In this document: piece after piece, positions 12,139-23,926 of the stretch
Layout of the letters: each line of letters opens with the position of its first letter
How positions within the stretch are numbered: the stretch's first letter is position 1
Assembly: GCF_000143415.4 (NCBI RefSeq)
Contig: NW_003314288.1
Location: forward strand, 1,550,056 to 1,614,055
Reading direction: 5' to 3'
DNA: 64,000 nt
DNA from: Selaginella moellendorffii
Lineage: Eukaryota > Plantae > Lycopodiophyta
The notes under the pieces: model-generated
The model's database searches: none
Told to the model about the DNA's origin: nothing
The model's input: the letters and a program-made list of their open reading frames with translations, nothing else
Made by a program: the position numbers and the translations under genes

Positions 12139-12390
12139 ACCGACGAGAACGAAAAAACTAATAGCTCGAGGATTGATCCAATCCCGTCGCCACCTTTCTG
12201 CCCAATCAATTGTTTCAGTGCCTAGCTTCATCTTGTAGCAACTGTACGCATCCAACTATACTTGCATCGGTCCGCATCCACAGTGACTAGCCTCATCTTG
12301 TAGCAACTGTACCGACGAGAATGAAAAAACAAACTGCTTGAAGGATTTGATCCAATCCCATCGCCACCTTTCTGCCCAATCAATAGCTTC
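12139..12390. repeat. Direct repeat of about 78 bp (12139-12216, 12311-12390) flanking inverted CVNH-derived filler DNA (12217-12312)
   Basis: ACCGACGAGAA.GAAAAAAC...GATCCAATCCC.TCGCCACCTTTCTGCCCAATCAAT occurs twice; reverse complement of 12258-12312 matches 9085-9139 at 51/55 nt. Confidence 0.85.
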
Positions 12391-12558
12391 ACAACCAGAA
12401 TTCCATTCTGTGACGTGTGGGGTTTCGATTCATGGCTCGGTCTCCACCACCGTGAAACTCGCTTCTCTCGCGTTAGAACTCTGGCTTCCCCTCGGAGAAA
12501 AGCCTGGGAGCTATCAGAGTTTCTCGAGCGCGCGCTCTCTCTCTCTCTCGCTTCGGAG

Positions 12559-13396
12559 TTAAGTTGCTGCTTTGTCAATGGAGGCTTCGTTTCCTGCGAG
12601 GCCAATCTCTTTGCTGGCCACGGCCAGAAACGCTGCTGCTGCGTCAGCCACCGATTCGCCAGACTTGAGCCTCTTGCTGGAGGAGTGATCGGGTCGCGGC
12701 CGGTTGTTCTTCTTCGTCGTCGTCCTCATTCCAGCTTCTCTCACAAGGAGCTTTTGTTCTGAACGAACGCAGAACAGCGAACGCGAGTGAGAAGCGAAGT
12801 CTTCTCTAGCTATTCTGTATATGTCACCTTCTGTGAGATCAGGAATCCCGTGCTCGATGAAGCGATTCGCGGCCTTGACGTCCAAGCTCAACGTTGGTCG
12901 CGGGGCTGCAAGGAGCGATAAGAACACAACGTAGCACGCAAAAGTTTCATAGACAAAGTCTCGCCTTTGCTTCTATCGCAGGCGTACTGGACCTTCTCGT
13001 CGTAGAGATTCACTCTGTCCTGCAAAACATATAGAGGGCGATCACAAGGAAGAAAGAAAAGAAGATAGAGATAGAACCAACCAGCTCGGATTTCACGGGA
13101 TGATCCTCCGGGCATTCTCCCCGCGTCCTCAAGAGCACTGCCGCAAAGGAGAAAATCTTGCAAATGGAATGAAGAGAATGCGCGATTTCGCGAAGAGCAC
13201 ACTTACAGCAATAGACGGCATTGAGCGCCTTGGACACGGCCATGTAGGCCGAGGCGCGATCCGCCGGCGCCAGCAGCGCCAATGCATCCGGCGACCAGGA
13301 ATTCAGGAGCTTCTTCATGTGCTGCTCCAGCCGCTCCAATCGATCGTCCATGCCGCTCACGCCCTCCATCACTTCCTCCGGGATAGGGGCCGCCAT
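12559..13396 (-). CDS. C1D: C1D/Rrp47 (Sas10/Utp3/C1D family) nuclear exosome cofactor, multi-exon
   Basis: LAPADRASAYMAVSKALNAVYC-LLRTRGECPEDHPVKSEL-DRVNLYDEKV...RPTLSLDVKAANRFIEHGIPDLT. Confidence 0.9.
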
Positions 13397-13488
13397 CGTC
13401 TCCTCTAAAACCTCCAGGGTTAGGGCTTCCAAGTTCTTGCGATTTAAAACCCTTCGCTCTTTACCTTTAGGTTTGTCTTTGCGTGGAA

Positions 13489-15886
13489 ATGGAGCGATCT
13501 GGAAATGGCGCCAGCTCCAGCAGCTCCGGGAAGGAGATCGCGGATGCCGCCAGCGATCAGGGCTCCATCGATACGTCGGAATCGGTGCAGGAGCCCGGAT
13601 CCTCAGGTAATCTTTCCTGGACAAGGGCTTTGGCTATCGGATGCTACCGAGATTTTGCCCGAATTCCCGCATTTCTTGCGTCCTCGCAGACGGCGAGGCC
13701 AAGCAGGCGATGGAAAACAAGGAAGACGAGGAGCTATCGCGAGGCGTGAATGAGATTTCCATTGCCAAGGGTCAGAGTGACGGAGATCCAAATCGCAGCT
13801 CATCTGGGGAATCTTCTGGAACAAATGGTGCTGGAGGAGAGGAGATCGCGCGTCGTGTTTCACATGATGGAAATAGCTGGGTCCCTGGAAAGAGACATGC
13901 AGACGAGGTGAGAATTCATCCTTTGTTTCTCTTTTCACTCTCTCCTTCTCAAAATTTTATTTTATTTTCTGGCACAGGATGATAGTAGCGAGTCATGGCG
14001 TAAACACAAGAAGCACTTCTTTGTTCTCAGCAATGCCGGAAAGCCTATATACTCCAGGTGTGGTTTTTCTCTGTTGCTACGCTGTTCTTGATCTTCGTTG
14101 TTTAGATATGGAGATGAGCACAAGTTGGCTGGCTTCTCCGCAACACTACAGGCAATCATGTCGTTTGTAATAACTAGGTACATTCCATGGCTTCCTTTCT
14201 TCTTTTCCTTCATTTTGATTCTTTGGATTTACAGCGGAGATTGCCTGCAACTGGTGCGTGCTGGAAATCATCAGGTTGGTTTGTTTTTCTGAAGGGTTTA
14301 CTTCAAGTAATTTGCTTGCAGATCGTTTTTCTAGTAAAAGGACCGCTGTACCTTGTATCGATTAATTCCACGGAGGAGCCGTATCAGGCTATGAAACGTC
14401 AGTTAGAGCTCCTTCATGGCCAGGTATGCTTCCTTGACGATACTGTTGCCACTAACCGGGTACAAGCTTAGCTTTTTCTCATCCTCACGAAAGCTGTGGA
14501 AAGATGTTTCGCGAAGCATGCCACCTTTGATATGAAGACCTTGTTGGGAGGAACGGACATCGTGCTTTCGTCCTTGGTGCACTCATTTAATTGGTAAGGT
14601 GCATCGTAAAAGGTGAAGAAAGCTGATTGATTCGCTGTTCATGTTCAGGAACTTTACTGTATTCCTCCATGCGTATGCCTGCTTGCCACTGCCATATGCT
14701 GCGAGGCAGACCGCAGGAGCCGCATTACAAGATATTGCAGAATCCGGCGTGCTGTTTGCACTTCTGATGTCGGGATATAAGGTCGTACGCTCTGTCTTAT
14801 TGCGGTTGTAATCTCCATTTTCAGGTCATCAACATGGTGGGACCTCGCAAGGCTTCTCTTCACCCGGACGACCTGTTCCTTCTTTCCAACTTTGTTTCGT
14901 CGTCGGATTCATTCCGGTAATCTTACATATACTGGCGTTGCTTGCTGATATTCACCATTCTGCAGAACAACAGAGTCCTTTTCTCCAGTATGTCTGCCAC
15001 ACTATAATCCGAATGCGTTTGTGTATGCGTATGTTCAGTACCTTACTGTAAGGACTGCCTGACAATGGGATCTAGATACTATGTCATGATGTTCCTGCAG
15101 GAGAGCGTTTATCTTGTGCTGATTTCAACATCCTTGGATAGCTTCTATCATTTGAAAGATTGCAGGTTTGTGAAGGGATTATGTTATGGTTTATGAGTCT
15201 AATGAGCCTTTCAGAGCGCGAGTTGAGATGATATTGAAGAAGTCTCGAGTTCTAGGCGAGATGAGTCGTTCAGTGGAACGAGGGGGCTTACGTGTGAAAG
15301 ATCTGTCTTTAGACTCACAGAACGGATTTACTACGAGGAAGCCAGATGTCGTTCGTGAGAATACCAAGACGCTTTTGGGGGGTCCAGCAGGCCTTTGGCA
15401 CTTTCTATACAGGAGTACCTATCTCGATCAGTATGTTGCTTCCGAGTTTACACCGCCGTTGCATACATACGCAGCCCAGAAAAAGTACGTAGAAGTTTAC
15501 AGTTGCTGTTCTGACTAGCTTTCAATGGCCTCAGGTTGTTTAGAGCGTACCAACGCATCCATTTCTCTATGCATGACGAAAACGGGGGTCATCACAAGAT
15601 GCAGTACAGGAGAGACGAGAACTATGGTCTGTTCCGTTCTGTAAATATTAAAGTAGCTGTCACATTTGTGCTTGCAGTGCTGATGTACTGGAGAACGTCC
15701 GATTTTGAGCTCTACGCGGCTTTTGATCCCCTGGCAGAGAAGGTAAAGCTCGGTTGGTTTTCGTGCTCTGTAACATTCTGTGTAACGCAGAGTGCGGCCA
15801 TCAGAGTTTCGAACCTCGTCTGTCAATGGCTTCGAAATCTAGAAAGTGAAGTGTTTTTGCTAGGTGCAACTTCATTTAACTGGTGA
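13489..15886 (+). CDS. MON1: Vacuolar fusion protein MON1 (SAND family), many exons
   Basis: [42 protein letters not shown]; [12 protein letters not shown]; LHPDDL; [12 protein letters not shown]; GGPAGLWHF; [13 protein letters not shown]. Confidence 0.95.
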
Positions 15887-16683
15887 CAGTTTTTGCGAAT
15901 AAAACTTAACGAGAGGTTACCATGCCAAGAGGTATTCCCGAGACTGTTATATTGTTCAAAGATCAAGGGATTTGAGTATTCAAATCCACCAGGTATGATC
16001 ATTTCACTTGGCACGTCGATCTCTTGCTTTCAGTGACAGCTACTTTTGATATCAACAGCAGGAAGACAATGCAAAGAGCCTATTTGGTCACTCGTTTCTA
16101 TTGCGTGTGCGAGCGTGTTAAGTACAAGATTGAGATTTGTGCTCTTGGCAACATCGTTGCGACTGGCCTTTTGCTACAGTGCTGGCTGCTGAATTGAAGG
16201 TACTCAGAAAGTACACAGGAATCATTTCAGTCTGGTCGCACTTGTTTGAGCATGTTCTTTACCGTATAGCTTTGAGTCAGAGCGTCTTGTAGTAGTCCAA
16301 AGCGACTGTGTGTGTTTGCTGGTTCATTCCAGGCTATGCATGGTTGGATCTGTCCTTGCAAGATGCGTCTTTTGCTTGTCGCATTGAATGAGCTCGGATA
16401 TCAGGTCCATGCATCATGCATGCATCCGCGCGTGCAGTGTTGGCTCGATCCTGTTGGTAAGAGCGTCTGTCATTATGCTTTTGTGTTGCTAGCCATGCAC
16501 ACGAATGATGAACAGCTTTTCTTCGTGCTCCGCAGATCTGGATCCAAACCATGAGCTCAACAGTTTCTAAAGCGTCGAATTAAGGAAGGAGAGTCCGCTC
16601 TCCCGTCGTGACATAGCAAAAAATTTCTCGGTATGGACAACTCAAGATTGAAACCAAAAAGCTAACGTGATCCTTTCTCTCTT

Positions 16684-17041
16684 TCACGGGAACCCGAGCT
16701 CTGGAGGAGATCGTCGGACTAAGTACCTCCCGGGCAACATGTTACCGACGGGATTGGGACCCGACGGCACCTCGTGAAGCATCCTCCGGAATTCAGCATC
16801 ACTCAAAGCAGCAATGGTCGAGGCAGGGGGTCCGGACGGAAAATAGTGGAGACGATGGTCAGCTGGGAACAGGAGATCAGAAAAGGAAAAGCAGTGTGAG
16901 CAGCATTGGATCAAGCAGGTAGAGAAAGAAAGAGCTCGATCAAGTACCTGGAGGAACCAGTCTTGCCGCTCCAAGCGTAGCAGCAGAGAAGATGATCACA
17001 AGGACAAGTAGGAGGCGCGCACGCATTGCGGATTGATCCAT
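16684..17041 (-). CDS. CLE peptide precursor, H-type (TDIF/CLE41/44-like), about 90 aa; exons 17041-16948 and 16862-16684
   Basis: Spliced: MDQSAMRARLLLVLVIIFSAATLGAARLVPPADHRLHYFPSGPPASTIAALSDAEFRRMLHEVPSGPNPVGNMLPGRYLVRRSPPELGFP; signal peptide plus CLE box HEVPSGPNPVGN at 16776-16741; GT...CAG intron with a pyrimidine tract. Confidence 0.9.
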
Positions 17042-18091
17042 TGACGTAAAAAGCAAGGATCCACGATCTCACACGACGATAAGAATGCGAGAGACAGGAC
17101 ACCAGCTTGGATCGCTCGAGCAAAGTTCTTCCGTTGGTAGTACAACTCCTTGGCCGTGAATGGAGCTCAAGGCAACGGGATCAAACGGGAATTTATACTG
17201 GACGATCGATCGGAACAAAACAAACGCGACGCTGCAAGGATATATAGCGAGCAACAGTATTTGAGAGGTCGACACTTTCAATCCTCCTTCGTGCCTCGAA
17301 ACAAGGCCGCGTCGGCCGTCGGATGTGCTCCTCCAGTGCCTCCAGGGCGTCACATCCGACGGCCCGCAACGCCCGGGGCTTGGGTGCCTGCCATGTGGCG
17401 GGCCGTGACTGCACGGACGGCAGTTTGACAAGTCGTCCGGGAGGGAACGTACGGAAGGAGGAACATAGCCTTGTCGGATTAAAAGATGGAACGTCTAGAG
17501 AGGATTTGGGCGCTCCAAATGCGAGGGGCCTGTTTAGTATTTTTCCAGCATCAAATCACCCAAACCCAACATTACAAAGAAAGAATAGACAAAGCTTTGG
17601 GAACATCAAACGTGTTCTTCCTTGTTTTGTGCCCCCTTCTTTTATAACCAAACATCATTGGGAGTAGCAAAAGATTTAATCACGTCGATCAATCACAAGA
17701 TCAATCACAAGCAGGAGGTTGATTGATTTTGCTATTGTTTATTGTGGTGTTTTACACAAACTTGATGAGTGTTGAGCAAAAGTAGCTTTGCGAGACTGTT
17801 GGACCCTAAAAAACAAGATGTGATATATTGCTATTCTGTTTTACACAAACTTTACATTGAAAGAAAATGGGGGAGCACTTGGGAAAGAATACAAAGGTAT
17901 TGTGGCGAAACTTTGGCTCCCTCTTGTGCTTACTCTCATAGTACAGACGATATTTTTCCATCCACCAGGAGTTGGAGGTGAGCTTTTAGTGAGCTCTTCC
18001 TGCGATCAAAATAAGAAAAAAGAGAAAAAAAGAAAAAAAGAAAAAAAAGGGAGAGAGGAGACAAAAGTGTGAACGAAGAAGCAAGGAGCTC

Positions 18092-19669
18092 TCAGCGCTC
18101 GATCTGGATTGTGTGCTCGGCACTGTCTTTCACGGCTTCCTCCATCGAAGAAATGCTTCTGTGGCTCGGACCTTCCATAACTTGTTGTTCTTGAGCTTGA
18201 GTTTCAGTAGCCTTGCCTGGTAGATTGTCTTGTTTAGCAGCAGCTTTGTCTGGTAAGTGGTCTACCCCAGCGGTAGTAGTCACTTCGGTGACCTGAGATC
18301 CATTACCACTGCCACTAGTTCCGCTACTGCTGCTGCTAGTCGATCCATTCCTGTTGCTTGACTCGCACCCTGTTATAGTCACTGCCGTGTGACCCCTGTC
18401 CTGACCGTGAGGATCCACTTGGCCTCCAAGACTTTCCATAGGGACCAGCTTCCCGTGATGCAACGAGCCACGGCAGATCGGGCAAGTTGAGTTGTTTGCA
18501 AGCCACTCATCTATGCACTCGACGTGGAAGATGTGGTCACACACTGGAAGTTGCTGCAGCTTTTCGCCGGGCTGGTAGTCTGACAAGCAAACTGCGCACC
18601 TAGAGAAAACAAAAAGAAAAGACGAGATGTTAGTGATCAAGAGCTCGTCAAATGCGAATCCAAAGAGAAAAAACATATCAGGTTGAAAATCAAACAATAC
18701 AAAAACTGGAGAAGAGATGTTAGCGATTGGGTGAGAAAACTTTGAATCAAACATGCGCAGGAGCACAAAAAATGTTGTGGGATTTGGAGACAACCCCCTG
18801 TGGAACATGCAGATGGGCTGAACTATGATACCACGAGAACACAGTCTAGGATGGCTGCAAAAGGGGCATCACACGGAAAACCCGTATGAAAAGTTTAGAG
18901 CCACGAGAAGAGCAACAGAACCCTGTAGACTCAAGCTCTACCCGCAAAAGCAACATCCACAAGAGACGCAAGCCTTTCATGCACAAAACAGTAAAATTCT
19001 CACTCGAGCCACAAAAAAATAAAAATAACAAGATCTAGGAGATTGGAATCACTGGAATCAGAGCTCGCAAGACACCACTGTCAGTCACTAGGAACAGCGC
19101 ACGCAACTCTATGCAAGGCAGATGGAACAGTGCCGAGGAAAAAAGAAAAAACTCGTGGCAGTAAAGTCAAACCTAGGAGGTGGATTTCAAACGAGATACT
19201 TACTGGTTATCTTCCCTGCTGGCCGCAAAGCTCTCGTCAAAAACAATGGTCGGTAGCGTCGCTCGAAAGGACTTGGTTAATCCATGGTCGACTGGCCACT
19301 GCAAAACAAACGCCATTCCAATCGAGCTTAGAAAGGCCGAAGGAGAAACCAAGAACTCTTGTCTAGCAAACAAGCAAAAGAACAAAACCAAAAAAAGCAA
19401 AGGAAGAATGGAAAAAAGGCCTCGCTCCAATCAATCCAATCCTCTCCTCTCGCATTTCCCTTCCTTACCGCGGAGAAGATCCCTCTCGCGAAGAACTGGG
19501 CGCGGAGCTGCGACACGGCCCTGGCGGTCTGGCGCCGCCGCACATAGAGCACGCAAAAGAGCAGCAGCAGCACGAGCGTGAAGATTATCGGCGTCGCGAA
19601 TGTGAAGGCCTGGTAGAACTTGAGCTGGGGCGCGCAGCTCGGCGTCGTGCAGGGATTCTGATCTGACAT
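18092..19669 (-). CDS. ATL-family RING-H2 E3 ligase (ATL7/ATL59-like), 3 coding exons
   Basis: LKFYQAFTFATPIIFTLVLLLLFCVLYV TM; GLD-like GLTKSFRATLPTIVF; CAVCLSDY...LPVCDHIFHVECIDEWL...TCPICR. Confidence 0.92.
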
Positions 19670-19949
19670 AGCCGCCGCTTGCTTGTTCGATCCGAGCTCC
19701 TAGCCTACAGACCTGTGAGAGGGATTCGAGATTTTCACTCCAAGAATCGTCGCTGGCTCCTCCTCCTCCTCCCGTGCTCCATCGCGCCAGAGCGCCAGTG
19801 ATTAGATCTGGGCGCAGCAGTGAACAGCAAGAATGGGACCCGGGCGGCCGCGCCCAAGCGATTCGATCCCCGGACCTCTTTAAGCGGCGGCAAGGAATCG
19901 AACCGCCTTCCACGGTGCCCTAGAATAATTCTAGGGTTTATCGTCCTCG

Positions 19950-20518
19950 ATGAAGAGAGGGCGCGCGATCGTCCAAGACGAGGATAGGAGGAGGAAGAAG
20001 AAGAAGAACGTGATCCAGAAGGTAAACCCTAGTGATCCAGAAAGCGGCGATCAATCGAAGAACTCGTCTGCGAGAGGATTCTACTGCATTGCGCCTGGCG
20101 ATCAGCGCTTCGGGCTCCTTGCTACATTCTTGAAGAAGAATCTCAAGAAGAAGGTAAGCTACTCCCTCTCTCTCCAGAGATTTATTTTTTCTCCTCGCTC
20201 GCAACGAAGAGGTTTTAACTGTTTTGTTTTTGTGTGTGGAAGATTGTCGTCATCTTCTCAACTTATCGCTCGCTACTGTTCCACAACCAAGTCCTTATCG
20301 CGCTGGGTATACCAAACCTCTCCATTCACGAAAAGCTAGACGATGCCAAAGCGCGCAGCACTATCGACCAATTCCGGGATGCCGACAGGGGTTTGCTACT
20401 TACCACGGATGCTGTCTTCTACGGTTTGATCATCTCTCCAGTGGTACGTAAATCTCTCCTCTCTTCCTTTTTCTTTTTATTTGCTTTGTTCGTCTGGTTC
20501 GATCTAGATGAAACGTAA

Positions 20519-20563
<45 letters not shown>

Positions 20564-21383
20564 GGACCATTCCTCCACTTTGTTCTTTGTGTTGGAGCAG
20601 GCCACTCTTTTAGTTGCTTTCTATGCTGTGTGGCTTCTTTCTCATACTTTTCCTTTTTCTTTTCTCTTTTCGAGAGTGACCGATCTAGAAGCTTATGTTA
20701 CTTGTCCGATCTCTGCCTGACACCACACCTTTGCTCTCACCTACAGGACTGGATTCTGCAATTTGAGCCTCCGGATGACGTAGAGGTATGCTTTGACGCT
20801 TCAAAGAACAAAGAAAAAGTGCATCCTTTCTAAATCTCGAGTGCGATCGCCCATTGCAGAAGTACAAGCAGCGACCGGGACAGCAACAAGGGGGCAATAA
20901 TAGAGGCCTGCTCTTCCTCCTCCCGCAGGAGATCAGTTTCCTTAAAGTGAGTGATACGATCCACGGAACTTTACTCATGATCGTCCGTGCTTACTTTTCC
21001 TCTTGCTCCGCGCTCCATCAGGGTGTCCGGGATAGCGATTCTTTTCTTCAGTGCGAGTTCTCCGATATCAAAACCGGGATTTTTCAGTCGCAGATGGTGC
21101 GTGGGGTCCTCTTATCTTGGTAAAAATTCTCTCATATCTTTCGTATTCCCTACAGGAGAAGCTGGTACAGAAGAACTTTCGCATACACCAGCTCTCAACC
21201 GAAGGATACAGATCTTACTTCCACGCCTACGCATCAAATCCTCACAAAGCGATCTTCAACGTGAAAAACCTTGATCCACAGGTTGGCCGAAAGAATGTTA
21301 TTAAAAACTCTAAACTATGGCTTCTATTCCAGGCCTCCTCAGCATCGTTTGGAATTAAAAGACCACCAAAGATTCTTGTTTGA
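19950..21383 (+). CDS. Truncated HAS1/DDX18 (RH27/RH51)-like protein: RecA2 plus C-terminal extension only, about 260 aa, 7 exons
   Basis: GFYCIAPGDQRFGLLATFLKKNLKKKIVVIFST..., DWILQFEPPDD, GLLFLLPQE..FL, EKLVQKNF.IH....GYRSY.HAYAS...K.IFNV..LD.....SFG...PP; all introns phase 0 GT-AG with the frame intact; no DEAD domain upstream. Confidence 0.8.
20520..20560. repeat. (GT)n microsatellite in an intron
   Basis: About 20 GT units. Confidence 0.95.
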
Positions 21384-21398
21384 TCTTATCAAGAAGAG

Positions 21399-21690
21399 AT
21401 GGTGGCCACGTTTTGTTTCATGGAGAGCTGGTACCTGTTTCATGGAGACAGTGGTGGCAAAGTTTTGTTTCATGGAGCGATGGTGCCAAAGTTACGTATC
21501 TTGAAGAAAGATGGTACCATAGTTTGTTTTCATGAAAGTTTTGTTTCATGGATAGATGGTACCAACATTTTGTTTCATGGAGAGATGTTTCATGGAGGCA
21601 AAGTTTTGTTTCATGGAAGAAGGATGGTGGCAAAGTTTTGTTTCATGGAGATGGTACCAAAGTTGGAGAAAGATGGTACGAAAGTTTTGC
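21399..21690. repeat. Minisatellite, unit of about 28-30 bp (ATGGTGGCAAAGTTTTGTTTCATGGAG-like), about 9 degenerate copies
   Basis: Recurrent TTTTGTTTCATGGA and ATGGT(G/A)(G/C)CAAAG. Confidence 0.85.
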
Positions 21691-21764
21691 AAACATCTAG
21701 AACAAAAGGTTTTCAACACTAGCTTGATTGAAATCCTCACTCTTCGATGCAAAACGATTCTTTC

Positions 21765-23381
<1,617 letters not shown>

Positions 23382-23926
23382 TCACTCAAGAACAAGAACA
23401 AACAAAGCGGGGGTATAGGAAAATGGAGGGAGATTTAAACGCTACCGCCCAAATAGAAAGTTGCCGTTAGGAACGGCGCAACTGGGCGAATCCCAGCCAA
23501 TCGCGACCGCCGTAGTGGGTTCTTTGGAATGATTTGGGTGACATCCTCGCGCTTTGGAATCGTGGACATCATACAAGGCCCAAAGGACGACGGTGATTAG
23601 AGTATATTCACACGAAACTATAAGAAATTATTTACGGGCAGGACCCTCGTACCACAACAAGATTCCCCGCTTGGAAAAATAATAGAGACAGCGCAATGGC
23701 CATTGGCCCATGTACGGCAAGAGAGATACGACGCGAATATGCGCAAGCTCCATGGACCGTTGGATCCTCCCTTCCAACAGCCCCGATTGACGCATTCCCA
23801 TGACAACAAGGCGTATAAAAGCCCTAAGGCGTGCTCTCTCTTGGCAGCCGATCGCTTGTTTCAAATCGGTGGAAGCGCTGCCTAAGTTTCTAGCTCGGGA
23901 TCGCGGGATGCTGCCGTGAGCTCGCG

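Noticed and set aside
16845-16925. Plus-strand GDDGQLGTGD resembling an RCC1 repeat
   Set aside because: Single short match bounded by stops, antisense to the CLE intron/exon junction
1299-17041. LRR-RLK and CLE gene as a linked receptor-ligand pair
   Set aside because: The kinase is non-RD and degenerate, unlike TDR/PXY; 12-kb proximity in a gene-dense genome is not evidence
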